NCBI GenBank assembly: GCA_005223125.1
Contig: NJBH01000005.1
Location: forward strand, 126,780 to 190,779
Direction: 5' to 3'
DNA: 64,000 nucleotides
Source: Promethearchaeota archaeon Loki_b32
GTDB taxonomy: Archaea; Asgardarchaeota; Lokiarchaeia; Sigyniarchaeales; SOKP01
A program made the translations under genes and the position numbers. The notes below the pieces were generated by a model. It saw only the letters and a program-made list of their open reading frames with translations, searched no databases and was not told where the DNA came from. This document shows, one piece after another, positions 20,351-30,061 of the stretch (its first letter is position 1; each line of letters opens with the position of its first letter).

Positions 20351-20848
20351 ATGTTTAACGATATGAAAGATCCTAGTTCTGAGTATGAAATTACGATTAA
20401 TAAACTGTCAGAACAAATTAACGAATTATTTTCTAAAATTCACTATTATCAGGCGCTAATTGCTGAAAAAGACTTACAAATAAAGCATCTTTCTAATGAG
20501 AATCAAAGGCTACTAGTTAAAATTCAAAAATTATCGCAAATAGAAACTCCTCCCCCTGCTCCTACACCAAGTGAGCATTCTTATACTCCACCAACTCCTC
20601 CTCAACAGCCCTCTTCTCCACCAATACCCCTACAACAACCTCTCACACCATCACCGATCCCCCCACAATCTAAGTCCTCATTTTCTTTAAGTGAAGATCC
20701 TCGAATTAATAAACGGCAATGTCCGAATTGTGGTGCAATGGGCTTTGCTATAAGAGAAGTAGATGATAGAACTAAGATACTCAGCTATAGTCCAAGAAGA
20801 ATGTATGCTAAAAAAAAAGTGTGTACAAAATGCAGATATGAATGGTAA
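20351..20848 (+). CDS. Coiled-coil + proline-rich linker + zinc ribbon protein
   Basis: Heptad N-terminus, PPPAPTP...PPTPPQQPSSPPIP, CPNCG...CTKC. Confidence 0.8.
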   Translation: MFNDMKDPSSEYEITINKLSEQINELFSKIHYYQALIAEKDLQIKHLSNENQRLLVKIQKLSQIETPPPAPTPSEHSYTPPTPPQQPSSPPIPLQQPLTPSPIPPQSKSSFSLSEDPRINKRQCPNCGAMGFAIREVDDRTKILSYSPRRMYAKKKVCTKCRYEW

Positions 20849-20873
20849 AGTAATTCATATCAAGAATTTTGAT

Positions 20874-21800
20874 TTAAAAAAATGGACTTAAATTACGTGG
20901 GAGAACTTCATAATAATTAACTAAGTCATACTGTTCTATTTTCTCCTTAGTCTCTATTGGAAGTTGATCCAAATTTTGCCCTTTTAATATTAATTTCGTT
21001 TCTTCTTCACTAAATTCAGGTCCTGGTTCAGTCCAATTTATAACATTCTTATTGACGGGGCATACTTTCTGACAATGAAGACATCCAACTAAACAATTAT
21101 GCCATGTAGGATCCATCCATTCTGGAAAAGGAATCTCTCCTGGATGTTCATTGTGGAATGTAATACAACGTTCGACACGCAAAAGAAAACGATCAGTGGG
21201 AATTGCTCCTGTTGGGCATTTACGTGTGCATGCAGAACATTCTTTACACATATCCATCATTCGTAACTCCTGCCAATTATCTTCCTCAGTTGGAAAATCT
21301 GAATATAGAGTTGTTAGACGATGAAAACTCCCCATTCCCGGCACATAAGTGATATTATTTCTCCCATACTCTGCTAATCCACTACGCACAGCTAAGGTTT
21401 TTTGAGGAAGCATAGCATATGCTACTTTATATTCCCCTGATCTTAATATTTCAGAAAGAAATTCAATCATCTGATCAATTACGTTACGACCATATAAATA
21501 GGTAGGAGGGATAAGTAAAGAGATCTTCTTATTATTGCTATGAAAGACCGCTTCAAATTGAGGTTGAGGAACTGATATAATAAAAAGAGATTTTATATCA
21601 GCAAACTCCACATCTGGCTTGAATTCGAAATAGGATTTATATTCTTCATAAAAATCCGGGTCTAAAAGCCTTGCTTCATGATGCTTTTTGACATCTTGAC
21701 GCAACTCTGGAATGTGTTTTACAGAAACAATTTTTCCTTTATAACCTTTCTCTTCCAAGCGTTTATAAAAATTCTGAACAATGTAATTTTTATCCAACAT
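20874..21800 (-). CDS. QueG/reductive dehalogenase-like 4Fe-4S protein
   Basis: AVRSGLAEYGRNN, GSF, CKECSACTRKCPTGAI, GCLHCQKVCP. Confidence 0.85.
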   Translation of the reverse strand: MLDKNYIVQNFYKRLEEKGYKGKIVSVKHIPELRQDVKKHHEARLLDPDFYEEYKSYFEFKPDVEFADIKSLFIISVPQPQFEAVFHSNNKKISLLIPPTYLYGRNVIDQMIEFLSEILRSGEYKVAYAMLPQKTLAVRSGLAEYGRNNITYVPGMGSFHRLTTLYSDFPTEEDNWQELRMMDMCKECSACTRKCPTGAIPTDRFLLRVERCITFHNEHPGEIPFPEWMDPTWHNCLVGCLHCQKVCPVNKNVINWTEPGPEFSEEETKLILKGQNLDQLPIETKEKIEQYDLVNYYEVLPRNLSPFF

Positions 21801-22014
21801 AATTACTACTCTTTTGAAATATTGTTATAATTTATAAATTTATTCCTTGATGACTATATTGTGTCAGAAAATGTAGTTCTTTAGGAAAAACTCCAGAATC
21901 TATTTAACTGAGAAATAAAAACTAATAATTTATGTGTTAAAAATTTAAATTCTCGATATTGATAATTTAATTTAGTTAAGTTAAATCAATTTATCTAAAT
22001 TAATAGGATTATGG

Positions 22015-24291
22015 ATGGGTTTGATTATGTATAAAAAATGCACAATTTTTTTGATACTCACTTTACCATTCCTATTTATTTTATATCAATCTGGAAATTT
22101 TGTTCATGCTGAGGAGTATGAACAAATAGAAATAGAAGGCTTAAAATATCCAATGTATGAATCTGCTGATATTATTTCTCAAGTGAATAATACTGAATCA
22201 ATTGAAATTGCTTTACCAGCAACATCGTGGAATGTTACGAAAATAGAACTAAATTTTACTGACATAAGATTAGGAAAAGAGATAAAAGAATTTGAGGTAA
22301 TTGATGCTGGTTTTAAAGTAATTGAAAAATTTGGTAATAATTATGGATATGCAGTTCAAATCAATATATCTTCACCTACAACCGTTTATGGTACTTATAT
22401 TTATGGTTTTAAAAATGATTTGGCTGATAAAATATTGAGAGTCCAAATCAATGGATATAATCTTGTTAAAAATGCTCCTGAAGATACCCTTTATGGTACT
22501 CCAATCTCACTTAATATAACTAAGAATGTAGGATGGTATTATCAAGAATTTGTTAATCCAATTAATCTTCCAATTGGAAAATATTTCTTAGTGGTTAATG
22601 GTTCAAATATATTTACAGCACAAGATAAATATTACTGGGGATATAATGCTTACACTCAATTTCCAAATCTACACGTTTCAACATATGATGGGAATACTTG
22701 GAGCGAAGGAGTAAAGAATTCCACTTTATTATATAAATTGGTACAAAGTACTGACCGAATTTATAATCCCCAAGAAATAAATATGACACTAAAAATCGAT
22801 AACACTTATTATAGCATCTTCAATGGCAATACTAATGGAACAGGTTATGTTAAAATACCTAAATTAAACTATTCCCCTGATATGAATCCTTTAATAATTC
22901 CAATTAAAAGTAACTCTTCAGCAAAACTTAATTTTAGTTATAACCATATTTTAGGGATAAAAAATAAATTTGATGCAGATGGTTCTGTCTTTTTGGAATT
23001 AGATAAGGTAGTTCAGTGGAAAATAGAGCCAATGATAATTAGAATAGAGAGTAATTACTCAGTTAAATTTTATTATCCTGTTAATTGGAATGATATAAAA
23101 ATATACAGGAATGGATTACTTATTAATTCAGAATTAAATGTTATAATAAATACAGATGAAAAATACATTAGTTTAAAGAGTGAAATTGTTTTAATTGGAG
23201 CATCTTGGTTGATAACAGCATTATCTTCACAAGAAATATTGGATATAAATTTTCCTAAAAAGGAGTTTGAACCTAAGCAAGAACTAAAATTTTCAATAGA
23301 ATTGCCTCAAGTTGAAGGAAATGTCTCTTGGAAGTTAATTGACGTATTGGGTTTTGAAGAATTCTCTGAGACTAGAAGAGTTATTTCGGAAACAATGAGT
23401 TTTTCTTACCAAATTCCGGAAAAACCTTACGAAGGAAATTGTAAGGTCATAGTTATTTGGTATAATGATCAAAAGGCAGGTATATATTTACAAGACATTA
23501 AAATAAATATTCCATTTACTTTAGACCCTGATTCTATCATCTTAATTGTAACAATTATAGGAATAATTTCAACTGTTAGTACAGCATCATATATGACGAT
23601 TAAAAAGGTTAGAAACAAAATTCAGCGAAATAGAAAAAAGTTGATTGATAAATTTATGGATGTGCTTAACTTGAATTATTTTATGGTCATAGATAAAGAT
23701 TCTGGACTATGTGTGTATGAAGAAATCTTAGTAGGTAAAATAGTAGATTCTACATTGATTTCTGGTTTTTTAGATGCGATACGTTCATTTGGAATCGAAC
23801 TTACTGGTTCTTATCAACAATCTAAGACTATAAAATTAGAATATAAAGATTCTAAAATACTAATGGTTGAGTTTAAGAATTTTAGGTTAATATTTATAAT
23901 GAAAGAGAATCCTTCTAACGATTTTTTAAAATCAATTACAGATTTATCCTATGAAATTGATGAAAAATACGGTTATCTCCTCTCAAATTTTAATAATGAT
24001 GTAATGCCATTTAAAGGAATTAAACTTCTTGTAAAAAAGCATCTAAACACAACATTTTTAGCACCATTAAAGGTTGTAGAAAATAAAAATATAAAATTAA
24101 ATTCTACTGAGAAAAATGAAATTAATAATGCATTGGATTTTATGAAGGAAAATTTACTCGAATATTTTTATATAAGTTTTCTATTACCTCAACAGGATTG
24201 TGAACCAAGTAAAATAAAAGCAATATTTAATTTAATTGAAAAAGAAATATTTCAGCCCACGATATTGAAAGAGCAAAAATTACATAAATGA
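22015..24291 (+). CDS. Single-pass surface protein with large ectodomain and cytoplasmic longin-like domain
   Basis: Signal peptide, beta-rich ectodomain with many NxS/T sequons, TM IILIVTIIGIISTVSTASYMTI followed by a basic stretch, then YFMVIDKDSGLCVY...DSTLISGFLDAIRSFGIEL. Confidence 0.75.
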   Translation: MGLIMYKKCTIFLILTLPFLFILYQSGNFVHAEEYEQIEIEGLKYPMYESADIISQVNNTESIEIALPATSWNVTKIELNFTDIRLGKEIKEFEVIDAGFKVIEKFGNNYGYAVQINISSPTTVYGTYIYGFKNDLADKILRVQINGYNLVKNAPEDTLYGTPISLNITKNVGWYYQEFVNPINLPIGKYFLVVNGSNIFTAQDKYYWGYNAYTQFPNLHVSTYDGNTWSEGVKNSTLLYKLVQSTDRIYNPQEINMTLKIDNTYYSIFNGNTNGTGYVKIPKLNYSPDMNPLIIPIKSNSSAKLNFSYNHILGIKNKFDADGSVFLELDKVVQWKIEPMIIRIESNYSVKFYYPVNWNDIKIYRNGLLINSELNVIINTDEKYISLKSEIVLIGASWLITALSSQEILDINFPKKEFEPKQELKFSIELPQVEGNVSWKLIDVLGFEEFSETRRVISETMSFSYQIPEKPYEGNCKVIVIWYNDQKAGIYLQDIKINIPFTLDPDSIILIVTIIGIISTVSTASYMTIKKVRNKIQRNRKKLIDKFMDVLNLNYFMVIDKDSGLCVYEEILVGKIVDSTLISGFLDAIRSFGIELTGSYQQSKTIKLEYKDSKILMVEFKNFRLIFIMKENPSNDFLKSITDLSYEIDEKYGYLLSNFNNDVMPFKGIKLLVKKHLNTTFLAPLKVVENKNIKLNSTEKNEINNALDFMKENLLEYFYISFLLPQQDCEPSKIKAIFNLIEKEIFQPTILKEQKLHK

Positions 24292-24327
24292 ACAATAAAA
24301 TAAGTTAAAATTAAAAAGGTTTGAAAA

Positions 24328-24870
24328 TTGGAACGTAAAGATAATAAAATTTTAATATTAGGTTTGGATAACTGTGGGAAAACTACTATTCTATTGAGTT
24401 TAAAAGAAGACACGAATCTTTTATCCTACTTATCTTTAAAACCAACAAGGGGGGTAAGCATTGAGAAATTCGAAGAGAACGATTTTAATATATATGTTTG
24501 GGATTTTGGGGGTCAAAAAGAGTACCTCTCAGATCATATTACAAATTTTAATAAGTACGTAAAAGGAGTAGATGAGATTATATATGTTATCGATGTTCAA
24601 GATTATAATCGTTATGATCAAGCATTAAAATTCTTAGAAGAGGTAATAAAATCTATGGAGAAAGAAGAATTAAAAGTAGAATTATCTATTTTCTTACACA
24701 AATATGATCCATACTTGAAAAATAATGTTGAATTTAAAGATATTGATAAAAAAGTAAATTCTTTGATAAATAATCAAATTTTTGATTTAATCCCTGCTAA
24801 ATTTAACTATAAAATTTACAGATCCAGCGTTTATACATTATTTGAGAAAAATCTAATATTTTCAAATTAA
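24328..24870 (+). CDS. Small GTPase (Arf/Rag-like Asgard type)
   Basis: G1 GLDNCGKTT, G2 PTRG, G3 WDFGGQ, G4 HKYD, G5 SSV. Confidence 0.92.
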   Translation: MERKDNKILILGLDNCGKTTILLSLKEDTNLLSYLSLKPTRGVSIEKFEENDFNIYVWDFGGQKEYLSDHITNFNKYVKGVDEIIYVIDVQDYNRYDQALKFLEEVIKSMEKEELKVELSIFLHKYDPYLKNNVEFKDIDKKVNSLINNQIFDLIPAKFNYKIYRSSVYTLFEKNLIFSN

Positions 24871-24891
24871 AATAGTACAATAACGGTAAAT

Positions 24892-25284
24892 ATGAGTAAT
24901 ATCAGCAGTATTTATGTGATAGATAATATGAAGACACCAATTTTCACTTTAGAGAACCATAAACAAGGTTCAAATGCAGTTTCTAAAACGTTAATGTCTC
25001 GTTTTATTGATTCCTTACAATCTATTGCATCTCAAATAGAAAACGATGAAGGTCGAGTAATAAAGATTGGAAATAAAAATTATTTTATAATAAAAGATAC
25101 AATAATTAATTTTAAATATATAATAGAATATAGCAATGAGAATACATTTGACCAAATATCTTTAATCTTAAATAAAGTTAAAAATAAGTTTATTGAAAGA
25201 TTTGAGGGTAAATTAGATTTGCCAATATCAATGAAAATTGATCTTGTAGCCTTGTTAAAAGAAGATATTTTAGAATTTATTTGA
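24892..25284 (+). CDS. Stand-alone longin-like protein
   Basis: IYVIDNMKTPIF...TLMSRFIDSLQSIASQI...KVKNKFIERF; beta-beta-alpha-beta-beta-beta-alpha pattern, 130 aa. Confidence 0.65.
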   Translation: MSNISSIYVIDNMKTPIFTLENHKQGSNAVSKTLMSRFIDSLQSIASQIENDEGRVIKIGNKNYFIIKDTIINFKYIIEYSNENTFDQISLILNKVKNKFIERFEGKLDLPISMKIDLVALLKEDILEFI

Positions 25285-25377
25285 GATTAAGTTAATCCAA
25301 TATCAATATAGGGAAGTAGTATCAAGAATATGCCTTACGAATTGATGGATTTAAATATCAAATAGAGACATATTTTG

Positions 25378-25542
25378 CTATAGCAGAAGCTTATAAAATT
25401 TTAGGAATGGAGCCTCCTCCAAATTTTTAATACCAGATCCGTCACCTGTAGGTGCTGCAAAAATTATTTGATACAACCCAAGTCCTAGGGCCCCAATTGC
25501 AATTAAGAGGGCTACAATAGCTAAACCAGAGGATTTAGACAT
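25378..25542 (-). pseudogene. Truncated signal-peptide-bearing gene start colliding with a + strand C-terminal remnant
   Basis: MSKSSGLAIVALLIAIGALGLGLYQIIFAAP... ends after 54 aa; opposite strand has a startless QEYALRIDGFKYQIETYFAIAEAYKILGMEPPPNF*. Confidence 0.4.
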
Positions 25543-25692
25543 TATATATTCATCTTTTTATTTTTTAATGTTTTAGATTAGATTTCTTAATTTTAAATTT
25601 ATTAATTAATTTAGTATCTGGAAACAACATAATAAAAAGGTATTTTAAAATGTTAAATAAATTTAAATTATGCACTGAGCTTCATTTTCAAT

Positions 25693-26850
25693 TTAACTAT
25701 TGATTGGATAAATTGCTGAATCGGGTGCGACTTCTTTCTGGAGCATTTTAAAGGCTTTTTTAGAAGTTGAGAAAGTTTTGGCATTGAATTTTTTTATTAT
25801 ATCTTTAAGTTCCTCATCAAAAATTCGCACAAATACTTCAATATTTGGATAACGCAAGTTAAGTTTAGAAGTTAAATAAATTGATTCATCAAATTCAGAT
25901 TCTCGCTTCCAACAAATAAAGACTTGAGTAATTTCTTCTAAATTCACATGAGGGCGTAAATCACTTAAAAATCGAGCGAATTCATTAATGATATGTAATT
26001 TTTCATTCACTACAAACTCGATACCATCATGTTCATCATCAAAAAGATATACTTCTCGTTCTGGTTGTTGAGAAATATGATATGCAATTCTGTGGGTTAA
26101 ATTATCTCTTCCAATTACTATTGCTTTTCCGATTTTATTTTTAGTCCATTCACGGACACCGTCCATAGCCCATTTAGATGTGGAGAATGAAAATGCATTT
26201 AAAGGAGGTTCTTTAAGATACTCTTGCACATGATCTTCAAACGCCCGAACGTAAATTCGGCAACTTGAATTCATTTTACGTATCTTTTCGGTACAAATTA
26301 GTGCGATTCTAACATTATTTACATTAATAAAAACCTCTCTAGAATGCTTTATATTTGCCAATTCAAGGTTGGTTGTCTCAGTTGCATCACCAATTACTAT
26401 TGGGTGTCCTGCATTAAGTAAATCTTCAACTGATTCTTCACTATCTTCAATAAGACAAAATTGTTTCTTATTTTTGACACAATATTCTATAACCCTCTCA
26501 GATAAATGATGATATCCAATAATAACAGCATGATTTCTTTTATGTGAAGCGAGAATTCTACTAGTAATAACAGGATTATACTTTTCAAATAATTCTCCCA
26601 TGATAAATCCAAAAAATATCACTTCTAATAATATCGGCCATATGACACCATAGAATTGACCAAAATCTGCTGCATCAGAGGGAATGTTCACCGTTATTGA
26701 AAATAAAATTATTTCTCCTAAATTATATTCAGGTTCTGTTATAAGAAAGAAAAGAAAACCAAAGAACCAAAACAGAAAGAAAAATATAAACTGTAATTTA
26801 TATTGTTTAAGTTTGAGATGGATTACTATAAATGTGTTTAGGAGATTCAT
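25693..26850 (-). CDS. Membrane protein with tandem RCK/TrkA-N domains (K+ channel-like)
   Basis: N-terminal TMs, HAVIIGY, IVIGDAT, IYVRA, second KAIVIG Rossmann-like unit. Confidence 0.75.
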   Translation of the reverse strand: MNLLNTFIVIHLKLKQYKLQFIFFFLFWFFGFLFFLITEPEYNLGEIILFSITVNIPSDAADFGQFYGVIWPILLEVIFFGFIMGELFEKYNPVITSRILASHKRNHAVIIGYHHLSERVIEYCVKNKKQFCLIEDSEESVEDLLNAGHPIVIGDATETTNLELANIKHSREVFINVNNVRIALICTEKIRKMNSSCRIYVRAFEDHVQEYLKEPPLNAFSFSTSKWAMDGVREWTKNKIGKAIVIGRDNLTHRIAYHISQQPEREVYLFDDEHDGIEFVVNEKLHIINEFARFLSDLRPHVNLEEITQVFICWKRESEFDESIYLTSKLNLRYPNIEVFVRIFDEELKDIIKKFNAKTFSTSKKAFKMLQKEVAPDSAIYPINS

Positions 26851-26922
26851 ATCATAAGATAAAGCACGCTAATATAAAAAAGATATGATCTAACGATGAT
26901 TACATATAAATTATTTTCAAAC

Positions 26923-27555
26923 TCATTTCTTTTGAACAATGTAATCAATATAGGAATCTTTCATTACTCGATCTTCAATTTTCTTGTGTAATATTCTTTT
27001 TTCTTTAAATAATATCTCGATTTCTAGGTTTTTAAAAAAACTGTCAGATTCTTCGTCAGTAAAAAAAGTATGCATTACTTTCTCATCACCTTCAATTTGT
27101 ATAAATTCACCAGGATTTTCTTCTTCACCTTCACCATAAAACTCTGAATCCACAGAGAGGAAATTAACGAAACAAAGACCCTCCGGTTTTAAAACACGAA
27201 TCATTTCGTCTACGGCCTTTTTAATATCTTTTTTATTCATATGAAATATTGTATTCCAAGAGTATACATGTCCAAAATAATTGGATTCAAAAGATATTGT
27301 TCGCATATCACCCAATTGCATAGAAAGTTCTAATTTGTGTTGTTTTGCATAATCTTGGGCCATTTCTAGTCGTTCTTCAGAAAATTCTATTCCAATAGCA
27401 TCAAATCCTAATAGTACAAAAAGTTCCTGTTTAGGATACGGTCCACCTGAACCACAATCGAGAATTTGTCCCTTGACATCAGATTCAGAAAGATATGATA
27501 AAAAATTATAGAAAGGGGCGGGATATAATAACTCTTTTGCTATGATCATAAACAA
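26923..27555 (-). CDS. Class I SAM-dependent methyltransferase
   Basis: ILDCGSGG, GDMR, RVLKPEG. Confidence 0.9.
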   Translation of the reverse strand: MFMIIAKELLYPAPFYNFLSYLSESDVKGQILDCGSGGPYPKQELFVLLGFDAIGIEFSEERLEMAQDYAKQHKLELSMQLGDMRTISFESNYFGHVYSWNTIFHMNKKDIKKAVDEMIRVLKPEGLCFVNFLSVDSEFYGEGEEENPGEFIQIEGDEKVMHTFFTDEESDSFFKNLEIEILFKEKRILHKKIEDRVMKDSYIDYIVQKK

Positions 27556-27665
27556 ATAAAAGCCATATCATTAAAAAATACATTTAAATTTACTTTTTAT
27601 ATTCAAAATATTGAAAATAAAGAAGGAGGATAAATTATACCCAAACTTTTCATTGTATTTCTAAT

Positions 27666-28508
27666 TCATGATATACTTTTAAACCAATCACGTACAACAC
27701 GAAAAAACTCATCTGGTGTCTCAAAATAGGGGTAATGACCGCATTTTTCAAATATATGGAGTTCAGAATTGGGAATACCATCATGCATGCGTTGAGCTTG
27801 GGATGGTGGACATATAAAATCGTATTTTCCTACTAAAATTAATGTTGGTACTTCAATTTTAGTAAGCTGTGAGCTCACATTATATTTTGGCATCAAAATA
27901 TCAGTGAGGGCTGCCACTTTGGGATTTAATATCATTTTATCTATTAATCTATTTGACATCTCTTCTGCTTCAGAAGTATACTCATAGAAATACAATGGTT
28001 GTAAAATTTTAAATTGATTTCTAAATCCTTCTATAGTAGGATCAACTGGAGTATTTAAAGTTTCTATAATTTCTGGTGTTGGATTTTTATTTTGGACAAT
28101 CGCCATCACTTCTTCCATGTAATCAAATGTAGGAGCAGTATCTATAAGCATCAGGTAATTAATGTTTTCTGGATGACGAATTGCGTAGTTTAAGGCAACA
28201 TATCCACCGGAAGAATTACCAATAACCCCTATTTTTTCATAACCTAATCTCTCACGTAATGCATTGGCATCATCGGCAAGTTGCTCATACGTGATGGTTT
28301 TGATCGGCGGTCTTCCAGAGCGCCCGTGTCCTCTATGATCAAAAAAAATCAGTTTGAAAATATCGCCTAAAGGATCAAGGGTTGGACGTAAATAAGTATG
28401 ATCCATTCCTAACCCCCCATGCATAACTAAAAAGGGAGTTCCCGAACCAAATTCATTATAATACAATTCAGTATCATTAACCTTAGTTATAGTCATTATT
28501 TCACCCAA
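27666..28508 (-). CDS. Alpha/beta hydrolase (proline iminopeptidase-like)
   Basis: HGGLG, DHRGHGRS, GNSSGG nucleophile, D and CGH catalytic residues. Confidence 0.9.
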   Translation of the reverse strand: MGEIMTITKVNDTELYYNEFGSGTPFLVMHGGLGMDHTYLRPTLDPLGDIFKLIFFDHRGHGRSGRPPIKTITYEQLADDANALRERLGYEKIGVIGNSSGGYVALNYAIRHPENINYLMLIDTAPTFDYMEEVMAIVQNKNPTPEIIETLNTPVDPTIEGFRNQFKILQPLYFYEYTSEAEEMSNRLIDKMILNPKVAALTDILMPKYNVSSQLTKIEVPTLILVGKYDFICPPSQAQRMHDGIPNSELHIFEKCGHYPYFETPDEFFRVVRDWFKSIS

Positions 28509-28611
28509 ATTAATTTGATTTTAAAAACTAAAATTGAATAAAAGTATATTAGAATATAATATTTAAAAACTTCTTTATTTGTATTTCAACTTTTTTTTTT
28601 AACCAATTTGG

Positions 28612-28991
28612 GACTCTAAAATCATCAACTACAATACATTTCCCATACTCCCTATCAATACTGAAAAACAAGAAAGAAATGGTGAATTAATCAGAACAAT
28701 CAAAGGTTTTGCTGAAAGTACTTTTAGTAAAAATTCTGTTGGACTAGAATTAACTTTAACAGGACATAAAGATTAGCAAAAGTCAATATTAAAAGTGGAT
28801 ATCTTTGCTGAAGATGAAGATATGAGCCCTCATATCATATCTGAATTTGAAAACGCTATGAAACCTCAGAATTGTCCTGAATGTGAGGAAGACTTACCCC
28901 AGAACTGGTGAAAAAATTCTTTTCAGAGTTACCTGCGTATTGTGAGGCTTGTGGTGCAGAATTGCATGAAACAAGTGAAAAAGATAATTGA
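28612..28991 (+). pseudogene. 5'-truncated remnant ending in a zinc ribbon
   Basis: Startless frame ...IKGFAESTFSKNSVGLELTLTG; in-frame TAG 28774; CPEC, then frameshift to CEACGAEL*. Confidence 0.6.
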
Positions 28992-29041
28992 TATGATAGG
29001 GGGGAATGATTTTTAATATTGCTCTTTGATATATTTATTTA

Positions 29042-29872
29042 CTAGAGAAAGAAATCGTTATAAAGGTCAACACTAGAATCTATTGCGTATTTATCTAAAT
29101 CGGTTATTCCATGGTCTTTAAGGATCTTCTCATCAATGAAAAAGTTACCTATACACTCTTTACTTGGTTTTGTTAGAATTAGGTAAGCAGCATCTGCTAC
29201 AATTTCCGGTTTTCTTGAGTGTTTGACTGCTGATTTTCCACCTAATAAATTTCTAACTGCAGCAGTTGCGATTGAAGTGCGAGGCCATAAAGCATTGACA
29301 GCAATACCATCATTTTTAAATTCTTCCGCCATACCTAGAACACACATACTCATTCCATATTTAGCCATTGTATAAGCTAAATTATTTTTGAACCATTTTG
29401 GGTCCATATTTAAAGGAGGGGATAAATTTAAAATATGAGGATTTTCGGCTTTTTTTAAGAAGGGTATGCATAGCTTTGAGCATAAAAAAGTTCCACGTAC
29501 ATTCACAGAGAACATGAGATCGTACCGTTTCATTTCAATTTCTAGCGTTGGAGATAAATTTATTGCACTCGCATTATTTACAAGGATATCAATCCCTCCA
29601 AAGTTATCTAATGTCGCATCAATAGCAGCTTGGATTTGATCCTCAAATCTTATATCTGCTATGCACGGAATAGCATTACCCCCCGCAGATTCAATATCTT
29701 CTACAGAAGAATATACTGTTCCAGGTAATTTTGGATGAGGTTCTTTCGTTTTAGCTACTACTGCTATATTAGCACCATCTTGAGCTGCTCTTAATGCTAT
29801 TGTTTTTCCAATCCCCCTACTAGCTCCAGTGATGAATAATGTTTTTCCTTTTAAAGTCGACAACTTTATCAT
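29042..29872 (-). CDS. SDR oxidoreductase, HSDL2-like
   Basis: TGASRGIG, HPKLPGT, NNAS, YTMAKY, NALWP. Confidence 0.92.
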   Translation of the reverse strand: MIKLSTLKGKTLFITGASRGIGKTIALRAAQDGANIAVVAKTKEPHPKLPGTVYSSVEDIESAGGNAIPCIADIRFEDQIQAAIDATLDNFGGIDILVNNASAINLSPTLEIEMKRYDLMFSVNVRGTFLCSKLCIPFLKKAENPHILNLSPPLNMDPKWFKNNLAYTMAKYGMSMCVLGMAEEFKNDGIAVNALWPRTSIATAAVRNLLGGKSAVKHSRKPEIVADAAYLILTKPSKECIGNFFIDEKILKDHGITDLDKYAIDSSVDLYNDFFL

Positions 29873-30061
29873 CTAAATTATTTTTTTTTTGAGTATATTG
29901 CTATCTTTATTTTCAGATTGTCTTAAATAGTTTATAGTAATAGTTCATAAGAAATTGTTTATTTTTCTAGTTTAATTACTACAATTCTTTAGTCTAGATG
30001 CTTCTAACTTGTAAAGGAAAAGAACCTATTTCTGACTATTTAATTAAGGATGAATATTTAA

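Noticed and set aside
28774-28776. In-frame TAG as possible pyrrolysine or readthrough
   Set aside because: The same remnant lacks a start and has a frameshift; decay is the simpler explanation
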